Positions 57,210 to 64,000 of a DNA stretch of 64,000 bases are shown here, in pieces. Every line of letters starts with the position of its first letter. Positions within the stretch are counted from its first letter, which is position 1. Under the pieces are notes generated by a model. It was given only the letters and a program-made list of their open reading frames with translations, did not search any database and had not been told where the DNA came from. A program made the position numbers and the translations under genes. Origin of the DNA: Gemmatimonadota bacterium. Lineage in GTDB: Bacteria > Gemmatimonadota > Gemmatimonadetes > Gemmatimonadales > GWC2-71-9. The stretch lies in the NCBI GenBank assembly GCA_003221895.1, contig QHUJ01000115.1:43001-107000 (forward strand). Reading direction: 5' to 3'.

Positions 57210-58768
57210 CGCACCGCGGTGCCGTGCTCGACCACGGCCTTCACGAGGAGATCGAAGTCTTCGCGCCGGCTGCGGTGATTCGTGATGGCGACGCGAATCG
57301 CGAACTTGCCATGCAACATCGTCTGCGACGGAATCGCCAGCCCGCTCTCCTGGATGCGCAGGAGGATTTCCTTATTGATCTCGTTCAGCCGATCCTCGGA
57401 CACCCCCGGTACTGTGAACCGGAAGCACACGACGTTGAGCGGCGCCGGCGCGAGCAGCTCCAGGCGGGGATGCTTCGTGACCAGCCCGGCGAGATAGTGT
57501 GCCTGGCGGACGTTCTGATGGATCAGCTGCGCGAAGGCGTTCAGTCCGTGGGTCTTGAACGACATCCACACCTTCAACGCGCGAAATCCTCGTGACAGTT
57601 GGACGCCGCGCTCGGCGAAGGGAAACCCGCCCGCGGCGATGCCGCGATCGAACGACGCGAGGTACGCGGGCGTCACATTGAACGTGGCGCGATGCGCCTG
57701 CTGATCGCGCACCAGCGTGCACCCCGCCTCGTACGGCATGTACAGCCATTTGTGCAGATCGAATGCGACGGAGTCGGCTTGCTCGAGACCGGCGACCAGC
57801 GGGCGCAGATCGGGCACCAGTGCCGCGAGCGCGCCGAAGGCGCCGTCCACGTGAAGCCACAGTCCCTCATCGCGCGAGATCTGTGCGAGGGCGCGCAGGT
57901 CGTCGGTAGCGCCGGTGTTGACGGTGCCCGCGTTCCCGACGATGCAGATCGGCCGGCGACCCTGGGCCTTGTCCGCGGCGAGTGTTTGGCGTAGCGCACC
58001 CAGGTCGATCGTGAATTCGGCAGTGACGGGTATGCTGCGCAGCGCCTCATGGCCGAGGCCGAGCAGCTCGACGGCTTTTCGTACGGACGAATGGGTTTCC
58101 GTGGAGGCGTAGACCGTGAGTTGTGGTGCTGCGCCGTTCTGCAGGCCACGTTCGCGGACGTCGAATCCCGAGCGCGCGTTCCGCGCGACCGCGAGCCCCA
58201 CGAGGTTCGCCATCGAACCGCCGGAGACGAGCAGCCCGTGGGTGCCCGCCGGCATGCCGAGGAGCTCGACGAGCCAGCCGATCACCTGATTCTCGACCAC
58301 GGCCGACGAATCGTCGAACTCGGCGACCTGCGGATTCATCCCCGAGGCGAGCATATCGGCGAGCATGGCGAGCGGTGTGCCGGTGCCGATCACCCAGCCC
58401 CAAAAGCGCGGATGGATATTGCCCGTGGGATAGGGAAGCACGTCGCGCTTGAACTCTTCGTAAACCGCGCTCGCGGAAGTCGGCTCGCGCGGCACGGGGC
58501 CCGCGAGCCGCCTGCGCACGTCGGCAGGCACGGGACGCCACACCGGACGCTCGCGTGCCGTGCGCAGGAACTCGAGCATCTCATCGACCATCTTGTGACC
58601 CAGGAGTCGCAGCTCTTCCCACCCGCGCTCATCGGCGGGGTCGAGGCTGATCTCCGGCGATGAGGTCGTAGTGCTCGACGAAGGGCTCGAGCTCGAGGAG
58701 GAAGTCGCGGTCTTGCGGGAAGTAGCGGGCTTTCTCATAGTCCTCTCCGGCAAACCGCCGGATTGCAT
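57206..58768 (-). CDS. PLP-dependent group II decarboxylase (aromatic-L-amino-acid / DABA decarboxylase-like)
   Basis: SGGSMANLVGL, HVDGAFGA and FDLHKWLYMPYEAG (PLP lysine) motifs. Only ATG 58768 or 58738 are available upstream of the conserved N-terminal helix, so the 5' end overlaps the ABM gene. Confidence 0.85.
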   Translation of the reverse strand: MQSGGLPERTMRKPATSRKTATSSSSSSPSSSTTTSSPEISLDPADERGWEELRLLGHKMVDEMLEFLRTARERPVWRPVPADVRRRLAGPVPREPTSASAVYEEFKRDVLPYPTGNIHPRFWGWVIGTGTPLAMLADMLASGMNPQVAEFDDSSAVVENQVIGWLVELLGMPAGTHGLLVSGGSMANLVGLAVARNARSGFDVRERGLQNGAAPQLTVYASTETHSSVRKAVELLGLGHEALRSIPVTAEFTIDLGALRQTLAADKAQGRRPICIVGNAGTVNTGATDDLRALAQISRDEGLWLHVDGAFGALAALVPDLRPLVAGLEQADSVAFDLHKWLYMPYEAGCTLVRDQQAHRATFNVTPAYLASFDRGIAAGGFPFAERGVQLSRGFRALKVWMSFKTHGLNAFAQLIHQNVRQAHYLAGLVTKHPRLELLAPAPLNVVCFRFTVPGVSEDRLNEINKEILLRIQESGLAIPSQTMLHGKFAIRVAITNHRSRREDFDLLVKAVVEHGTAVR

Positions 58769-58952
58769 CGAGTGATTCCCACAACGACACGAAGGTGAAC
58801 TCGGCGCGATCGTTCTGGATGCGTCTCAGCACATAGACGCCACGATTGCCGGGGGTGGCGTGGCACTCGCGCACGCCAGTCTGGTCGAGATAGGCAGCGT
58901 ACTCGTCGGCGCGCGCTGCGGGTGTGACGCCGTGCCAGACCCGCGCGATCAA
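58629..58952 (-). CDS. ABM-domain (antibiotic biosynthesis monooxygenase-like) protein
   Basis: (M)IARVWHGVTP...FTFVSLWESLDAIRRFAG... dimeric alpha+beta barrel pattern. TTG 58952 chosen so the gene does not overlap the cupin stop at 58963. Confidence 0.6.
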   Translation of the reverse strand: MIARVWHGVTPAARADEYAAYLDQTGVRECHATPGNRGVYVLRRIQNDRAEFTFVSLWESLDAIRRFAGEDYEKARYFPQDRDFLLELEPFVEHYDLIAGDQPRPRR

Positions 58953-58962
58953 CGTCCCCGGC

Positions 58963-59328
58963 TTAGAGCCGGTCGAGTGTGGGGACCGTGCGCTCATTGC
59001 GGACGTTGCCCGTGTTCAACGTCGATTTGGGCTCGAATAACAGCACGTGCGTCTCCTCATCGGCCACCGGCAGGTGCTCCACGCCGCGTGGAATGATCGC
59101 GAACTCTCCCGGCCCAAGCACGAGATCTCTGTCCCGCAATTTGAGGCGCAGCTTGCCTTGAACGACGAAGAACAGCTCATCTTCCTTCTCGTGATGATGC
59201 CATACGAATTCGCCCTTGAGCTTCACCAGCTTGACGAGGCTGTCATTCACTTCACCTACGATCTTGGGACTCCAGTGGTCCTGAAACTGACCGAACATCT
59301 CGGCCAGGTTGACCGTGCGGGGTTTCAT
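58963..59328 (-). CDS. Cupin-domain protein
   Basis: GEFVWHHHEKEDELFFVVQG...GEFAIIPRGVEH cupin motifs 1 and 2. ATGA overlap with the upstream stop. Confidence 0.8.
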   Translation of the reverse strand: MKPRTVNLAEMFGQFQDHWSPKIVGEVNDSLVKLVKLKGEFVWHHHEKEDELFFVVQGKLRLKLRDRDLVLGPGEFAIIPRGVEHLPVADEETHVLLFEPKSTLNTGNVRNERTVPTLDRL

Positions 59329-59891
59329 GATGCGCGCTCCAAGACGGTTCTTGTGTCGACGACAGTGGAGAACTCGCCATGAAGGTCGGCGAGGGCGACA
59401 TTGTGCAGCAGCTCGGATCCGTAGCGCTTTCCGTCCGGTCCCGTGTTGTCGAATGTCGCCGTGGCATCGGACACGACGTAGGTCGTGAAGCCCAGGTTGC
59501 CCGCCATCCGCGCCGTGGTCGATACGCACATGTTCGTTTGCATGCCAACCAGCACCAGAGTCGTGACGCCGCGATGGCGCAAATTCTCTTCGAGCGTTGT
59601 GCCGATAAATGCGCTGCTGACTGACTTCTGCACCACCAATTCCCCGGGAAGCGGCTTCACCTCTTCCTTTATCTCGACGCCGGGCTGCCCCGGCCTGAGC
59701 GGCGACTGGGGCTCACGCGACAGGTGCTGCACGTGCACGATCGGGCGTCCGCTGTGGCGCCACGCGTCTTGCAGCCGGGCGATATTGCGCTCGAGGTCCG
59801 GATTGTTCCGGTTATACCGCTCCGCGTAGACGTCCATTCCTTTCTGGACGTCGATGATCAGGAGGACGGCGTCATTGGGGAGCGACGTCAT
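59325..59891 (-). CDS. Isochorismatase-family cysteine hydrolase
   Basis: Catalytic triad context: LLIIDVQ (Asp), VVQKSVSSAF (Lys), GMQTNMCVSTTAR (Cys). Confidence 0.85.
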   Translation of the reverse strand: MTSLPNDAVLLIIDVQKGMDVYAERYNRNNPDLERNIARLQDAWRHSGRPIVHVQHLSREPQSPLRPGQPGVEIKEEVKPLPGELVVQKSVSSAFIGTTLEENLRHRGVTTLVLVGMQTNMCVSTTARMAGNLGFTTYVVSDATATFDNTGPDGKRYGSELLHNVALADLHGEFSTVVDTRTVLERAS

Positions 59892-60874
59892 GTGCTGGCC
59901 TCGGGCTCGGGATTGACGGGCGCGCCGGCAGGCGAGCCGGCGGGCTGCGCTGTTTCCGCCCGGCCGCCCGCCAGCCCGTCAGCCCGCCGCAGCCTGTGGG
60001 AAAGCTGAATCCACACGACCGCTACCAGGATCATGCCCATAGCGACGAACGTGCGCGCCTGGATGGGCTCTTGCAACAGCAACCATCCGAGCAACACGGC
60101 GATCACCGGGTTCACGTAGGCATACGTCCCGACGATAGTCGCCGAGGCATGCCGCAGCGCGTACGAGTAGGCGCTGTAGCCAAGGATCGAGCCGAACACC
60201 ACGAGATACGCGATCGCCCCGATCGCGCGTCCGGTGAGATGCCACGATTGCCATTCACCGAGCAGCGTTCCCACGATCGCGACGGCTCCGCCTCCGACGA
60301 TCATCTGAAATGCGGCGCCCATGTACGGACTCGCCAGAGTGGGATGGCGCTTGGCGTAAACAGAGCCCAGCGCCCACGACGCGCTCGCGAAGGTCAGGGC
60401 AATCGGGCCGCGCTTGTCCGCCGCGAGAATCTCGGCCGGTGTGGCGCCCACGAGCAGCAGAGTTCCCAGGAAACCCAGCACCAGTCCGGCGATGACCCGC
60501 CAGTTCAGGTCCCCGGAGCCGCCCGGGATGAGGGCATCGAAGAGTGCGGTCCACATCGCCACCGTCACAACGAAGATGCTGGCGATTCCCGAGGCGACGT
60601 ATTGCTCCGACCACACCACGAACGCGTTCCCGCCGGCGAGCAACAGCACGCCGACGATCGTGAGCGTACGCCAGTCGCTGCGACGGGGCAGCGGATCGCC
60701 GAGGGCGCGAGCGAGCGCCAGCAGGATGAGCCCGGCGGCGAAGAAGCGAAGGCCGGCGAACAGGAACGGCGGGAGCTCCGTGACTCCGATCTTGATCGCG
60801 AGATACGTGGAGCCCCAGAAGACGCAGACGACGAGATACGCGATGAGCGCTTTGCCCTTGAGTGCCCCCCCCAT
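59888..60874 (-). CDS. EamA/DMT-family transporter
   Basis: ATG 60874 gives MGGALKGKALIAYLVVCVFWGSTYLAIK. Ten TM segments in two EamA repeats. TAATG overlap with the Lrp stop. Confidence 0.85.
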   Translation of the reverse strand: MGGALKGKALIAYLVVCVFWGSTYLAIKIGVTELPPFLFAGLRFFAAGLILLALARALGDPLPRRSDWRTLTIVGVLLLAGGNAFVVWSEQYVASGIASIFVVTVAMWTALFDALIPGGSGDLNWRVIAGLVLGFLGTLLLVGATPAEILAADKRGPIALTFASASWALGSVYAKRHPTLASPYMGAAFQMIVGGGAVAIVGTLLGEWQSWHLTGRAIGAIAYLVVFGSILGYSAYSYALRHASATIVGTYAYVNPVIAVLLGWLLLQEPIQARTFVAMGMILVAVVWIQLSHRLRRADGLAGGRAETAQPAGSPAGAPVNPEPEAST

Positions 60875-61353
60875 TAGTCGGGCTCCGTGGGAATGAAGCC
60901 CGACTTTTCGAAAACGGTTGAGAGGACGATGGTCGTGCGTGTGTTCATCTGCGAATTCGGGCCGCGCAGGTCGCGGAGGATTTCCTGTACGCCTTCGAGG
61001 TCGGGCGCGACGACTTTCAGGATATAGCAGTCGTCGCCCGCAACATGATGACACTCGAGGACGCCGGGATGCTTTTCCATTTCCCGCATCCGCGGCTCGT
61101 CGCCGACGTAGTCGCTCGATCCGTAGCGCACCGCGACGAAGGCCGTCACCGGAAGCCCGACCTTGGCGCGATCGAGCTGGACGCGATAGCCGCGGATGTA
61201 CCCGGACTCTTCGAGTCGCTTGACTCGCTCCATGATCGCCGGGCGGGAGAGACCGACTTCGTCCGCGACCGCCTGATAGCTCGCGCGTCCGTCTTGCGCG
61301 AGAATACGAAGGATCCGTCGGTCAGTCGCGTCGAGCTCGGTCTTGGCGGGCAT
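60874..61353 (-). CDS. Lrp/AsnC-family transcriptional regulator
   Basis: LDATDRRILRILAQDGRASYQAVADEVGLSRPAIMERVKRLEESGYI HTH plus a RAM-type C-terminal domain. Confidence 0.9.
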   Translation of the reverse strand: MPAKTELDATDRRILRILAQDGRASYQAVADEVGLSRPAIMERVKRLEESGYIRGYRVQLDRAKVGLPVTAFVAVRYGSSDYVGDEPRMREMEKHPGVLECHHVAGDDCYILKVVAPDLEGVQEILRDLRGPNSQMNTRTTIVLSTVFEKSGFIPTEPD

Positions 61354-61438
61354 TTAGGAAGCTCCTGAGATGTTCTCTGAACGCTTCGTAAGCTTACCCA
61401 GTTTCCTCCTTACGGAATATCCGGTTTTGCCTCCCAAA

Positions 61439-61472
61439 TTGTCCTTTCAATAGGACACGGGTAGTATTCCGC
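61439..61472 (+). promoter_or_regulatory. Sigma-70-type promoter placing the TSS at or next to the LarE-like start codon (leaderless-type)
   Basis: TTGTCC (61439-61444), 17-nt spacer, TAGTAT (61462-61467), 5 nt, ATG 61473. No SD. Confidence 0.5.
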
Positions 61473-62285
61473 ATGCGACCCGCCCCCGCGCGCCTCGAGT
61501 CCCTTCGCACGCTGGTTCGCAGTTATCCCTCAGTTCTGCTTGGGTATTCAGGCGGCGTGGACTCGGCGTTTTTGGCCGTGGTTCTGCGGCAGGAATTGGG
61601 GCGCGGCCGCATGCTGGCCGCCATCGGTCGCAGCCCGTCGTATCCCGACGCACAGTGGCGCACGGCCCGTGACGTGGCCGAGCAGTTCGATGTCCCGCTC
61701 CTCGAGATCGACACGTACGAGCTCGAGGACGCGAATTACCTCGCCAATCCCACCAATCGCTGCTTCTACTGTAAGACGGAGCTCTGGACGCGGCTGGTGC
61801 CCCTGGCTCGCGAGCGTGGTCTGGCGGTCGTATGCGACGGCACCAATGCGGACGATCTGGGGGAGCATCGGCCGGGACGGGCCGCAGGCGTCGCCGCGGG
61901 GATTCGCTCCCCACTGGCCGATGTCGGATTCACCAAGACGGAGATTCGCTCGGCGTCCCAGGAGCTGGGTTTGCCGACATGGGACGCGCCTGCGGCGCCG
62001 TGCTTGTCGAGTCGCGTGCAGTACGGTCTCTCGATCACACCCACGCGCTTGAAACAGGTCGAAGCGGGTGAAACGTATCTGCGTGAGTTGGGCGTTGTCG
62101 GCGATCTGCGGGTGCGCCATCTGGGTGACGCGGCGCGGATCGAGGTCGAGACGCGCTGGATCCCCTGGCTCGAGGAGCGGCATGCGACGATCGCATCGCG
62201 TCTCGTGGCACTTGGTTTCGCGCGAGTTGAGATCGACCCGCGCGGCTACCGCCGGGGGAGCCTGTTAGAGCCTTCATCGCGCTGA
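61473..62285 (+). CDS. larE: PP-loop ATP pyrophosphatase, LarE-like sulfur transferase family (TIGR00268-type)
   Basis: PP-loop YSGGVDSAFL, NRCFYCKTELW, and PAAPCLSSRV (position of the LarE sacrificial Cys). No larB or larC in the window. Confidence 0.7.
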   Translation: MRPAPARLESLRTLVRSYPSVLLGYSGGVDSAFLAVVLRQELGRGRMLAAIGRSPSYPDAQWRTARDVAEQFDVPLLEIDTYELEDANYLANPTNRCFYCKTELWTRLVPLARERGLAVVCDGTNADDLGEHRPGRAAGVAAGIRSPLADVGFTKTEIRSASQELGLPTWDAPAAPCLSSRVQYGLSITPTRLKQVEAGETYLRELGVVGDLRVRHLGDAARIEVETRWIPWLEERHATIASRLVALGFARVEIDPRGYRRGSLLEPSSR

Positions 62286-62311
62286 ATTTTCCCGAGCGAC
62301 TCAGGCAGGAG

Positions 62312-62836
62312 TTGTGGGACGCGCTTGTGCCGCTGCGGCAGGGTCGCGATACACTCCCCGTGAAGTGGGTAAGACCCGAGAACATTCATTTGAGCCTCAA
62401 ATTCCTGGGCGACGTCGACGACTCACGCGAGGCCGAGCTGCGGTCGGCCCTGCAGCGCGCCGCCGGCCACCGCTCCGAGCCACGACCGCTGAGTTTGCAG
62501 GTCACCGGATTCGGAGTGTTTCCCGATTACCGTCGCCCGCAGGTCCTGTGGGCCGGCGTCGCCCCCGATCCTGCGCTCGAGTTGTTGCAGCACGGCGTGG
62601 AGCAGGCGTTCGAGCCCCTCGGCTTTCCGGCGGAAGCACGCGCGTTTCGTCCCCACGTGACGCTGGGCCGCTCGAGTCGGGACGCGCGCCCGCGCGACTT
62701 CGCCGGCCTCGAGGCCACGCTCGAGCAGATCCCGTTCGATCGCACTGTGACCGTCGGCGAGTTGGACCTTGTGCAGAGCACTTTGCGACCGGACGGACCG
62801 GTGTATCAGGTGAAATGCCATGAACGGTTGTCTTAA
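62312..62836 (+). CDS. thpR: RNA 2',3'-cyclic phosphodiesterase (2H phosphoesterase, ThpR/LigT)
   Basis: Two H-x-T/S motifs (IHLSLKFLG, PHVTLGR). The first canonical start is TTG 62312, but the conserved N-terminal strand RAFIALNFPERLRQEL is encoded in frame upstream (62267-62311). Confidence 0.8.
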   Translation: MWDALVPLRQGRDTLPVKWVRPENIHLSLKFLGDVDDSREAELRSALQRAAGHRSEPRPLSLQVTGFGVFPDYRRPQVLWAGVAPDPALELLQHGVEQAFEPLGFPAEARAFRPHVTLGRSSRDARPRDFAGLEATLEQIPFDRTVTVGELDLVQSTLRPDGPVYQVKCHERLS

Positions 62837-63491
62837 GGGCCTCTTTCGTCTCGGCTGCGCGGTCGCCATCCTGGCTGTGATCGCCCTGATCTATTGGTTT
62901 CGTGAGCCGATCATGCAGACCGGTGCCCGCTGGTTTGGGGGGTCCAAAGCGCTGCCGCCCGTGGCCGATACGGCGGTCGGCGCGCCCACGCCCTCCGCGA
63001 CGGCCACCGGGCAAGGCAAGTTGCGCAGCCTCGGCGCTGCGGGTGGCCCCGACTCCGTGATTCTCACACCCAATGAGATGGCTTCGCTCATCGGGGCGGG
63101 AATCGATTGGAACGTGCGCAAGATGTACGACTCGATGCGCGTCGAGCTGCAGGAAGGGAAGCTCGTGGTGCATGCGCGCCTGGACACGCGGTCCCTCCCG
63201 CCCGGGACGCTGGGCCCGTTCTCGGGGATGGTCGGGCCGCGCGAGCCGTTGCGGATGGGGGGCACCGTCTCGATCGAACGCCCCGGCACCGCGCGCTTCA
63301 AGATCCAGGATATCAGCCTGCGCGGCATCGACTTCCCCGGTCCCCTGGTGAACTCGATCGCGAAGCAGATGGCGGGGGCATCGTCGAATGGAGCGATTCC
63401 CATAAAGGTGGATCCTGCCGTGTCCGACGTGGCGGTCCATCCGACCGGTGTGGTGCTGTACCGGAATCGGAGAGGAGGGGTGGCGCGGTGA
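62820..63491 (+). CDS. Hypothetical membrane-anchored protein
   Basis: N-terminal TM segment LGCAVAILAVIALIYWF. Overlaps both neighbours (translational coupling). No family motif. Confidence 0.5.
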   Translation: MNGCLKGLFRLGCAVAILAVIALIYWFREPIMQTGARWFGGSKALPPVADTAVGAPTPSATATGQGKLRSLGAAGGPDSVILTPNEMASLIGAGIDWNVRKMYDSMRVELQEGKLVVHARLDTRSLPPGTLGPFSGMVGPREPLRMGGTVSIERPGTARFKIQDISLRGIDFPGPLVNSIAKQMAGASSNGAIPIKVDPAVSDVAVHPTGVVLYRNRRGGVAR

Positions 63492-64000
63492 GCCCCCGCC
63501 GCGTGATGATCGTGGACGATGAAAAGGGCATCCGTGAGGCGTTGAAGCAGGTGCTCGAGTATGAGGAAATCGAAGTCCAGGTGTGCGCCTCGGGTCATGA
63601 AGCGACCCGCGTCTATCCCGACTTCAAACCGCACCTCGTGTTTCTCGACGTGAAGATGGAGGGGATGGACGGGCTCGAGACGTTGAAGCGGCTGCGCCAG
63701 CTCGATGCGCAGGCGCAGGTCGTGATGATCTCCGGGCACGGCACGATCCAGACTGCCGTCGAGGCCACGCAGCTCGGTGCCTACGATTTCCTGGAAAAGC
63801 CGCTCGACACCGATCGCATCCTGCTGACGCTGCGGAATGCGCTGCAGCATGTCGTACTGGTCAACGAGAACGTGCGACTCAGGCAGGAAGTGCGGGCGCA
63901 GTACGAGATCGTCGGTTCGAGCAAAGCGATTCGTCAGGTGATCGGCCTGCTGGAGAAAGTCGCGCCCACACCTGCCCGCGTGCTGATTACTGGCGACAAC
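63488..64000 (+). CDS. Sigma-54-dependent response regulator (NtrC family), 5' part; runs off the right edge
   Basis: REC domain (VMIVDDE, FLDVKMEGMDG, GAYDFLEKP) followed by the start of the AAA+ domain (IVGSSKAIRQV...VLITGDN). GTGA overlap with the upstream stop; alternative ATG 63506. Confidence 0.85.
   Translation, partial: MSPRRVMIVDDEKGIREALKQVLEYEEIEVQVCASGHEATRVYPDFKPHLVFLDVKMEGMDGLETLKRLRQLDAQAQVVMISGHGTIQTAVEATQLGAYDFLEKPLDTDRILLTLRNALQHVVLVNENVRLRQEVRAQYEIVGSSKAIRQVIGLLEKVAPTPARVLITGDN

Noticed and set aside
61354-61400. CTGAGA in the Lrp/LarE spacer as a possible TPP riboswitch core
   Set aside because: None of the other conserved TPP-riboswitch segments or helices is present, and the region is too short. 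It does contain AT-rich palindromes (GTAAGCTTAC), which are more consistent with Lrp autoregulation.
62250-62290. -1 programmed frameshift fusing the LarE-like and ThpR proteins
   Set aside because: thpR is in the -1 frame relative to larE, but there is no X XXY YYZ slippery heptamer in the correct phase (cgc cgg ggg agc does not fit) and no obvious downstream stimulatory structure.

Overview
GC-rich bacterial chromosomal segment (G+C not computed) from a diderm organism. It is densely packed with envelope genes, roughly 60 CDS, mostly on the minus strand. I found no rRNA, tRNA, CRISPR array, transposase, integrase or phage gene. The phylum cannot be determined from the sequence alone; the gene content (many beta-barrel OMPs, DUF4136 lipoproteins, MacB-type permease expansions) resembles Gemmatimonadota or Acidobacteriota, but that is only an impression. 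Main blocks: (1) 1-7612, a MacAB-TolC-like tripartite ABC efflux operon encoding TolC, an HlyD adaptor, an ATPase and at least four tandem FtsX permeases; (2) 8401-15162, a creatininase-family gene, a 1340-aa NtrY-like sensor kinase, an OMP and a lipoprotein; (3) 15173-19931, small envelope proteins, a cupredoxin and a FadL-like OMP with an apparent frameshift; (4) 20017-23039, a membrane PLC-like phosphodiesterase plus a PP2C phosphatase; (5) 23047-27698, an exported glutaminase, porin, amidohydrolase and M48 peptidase; (6) 27917-36707, PPK2, envelope proteins and a GAF-kinase / LuxR-type RR / REC-only RR module; (7) 36959-42793, DUF4136 lipoprotein, OMPs, an Omp85-like barrel and a MASE1-PAS kinase; (8) 42952-48401, ispG, csaA, an AAA ATPase and an Ig-like protein; (9) 48412-57209, an RND pump, ComM/YifB, a Kef-type antiporter and MscS; (10) 57206-61353, a tightly coupled Lrp / EamA / isochorismatase / cupin / ABM / PLP-decarboxylase operon; (11) 61473-64000, LarE-like, ThpR, a hypothetical protein and a partial NtrC-type regulator. 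I did not recognise a defence island or other clearly novel multi-gene system. The most interesting signals are non-coding. The first is an 18-bp quasi-palindrome (ATTGnnC-N7-CAAy) in a dozen or more intergenic regions, six times ending 33-34 nt from a start codon. The second is a 17-nt poly-C tract inside the TolC gene. The third is a 39-bp palindrome that fills the whole Kef/MscS divergent spacer. There are also several unusual gene-boundary situations. All functional calls come from recognising motifs in the supplied translations; no database search was run.
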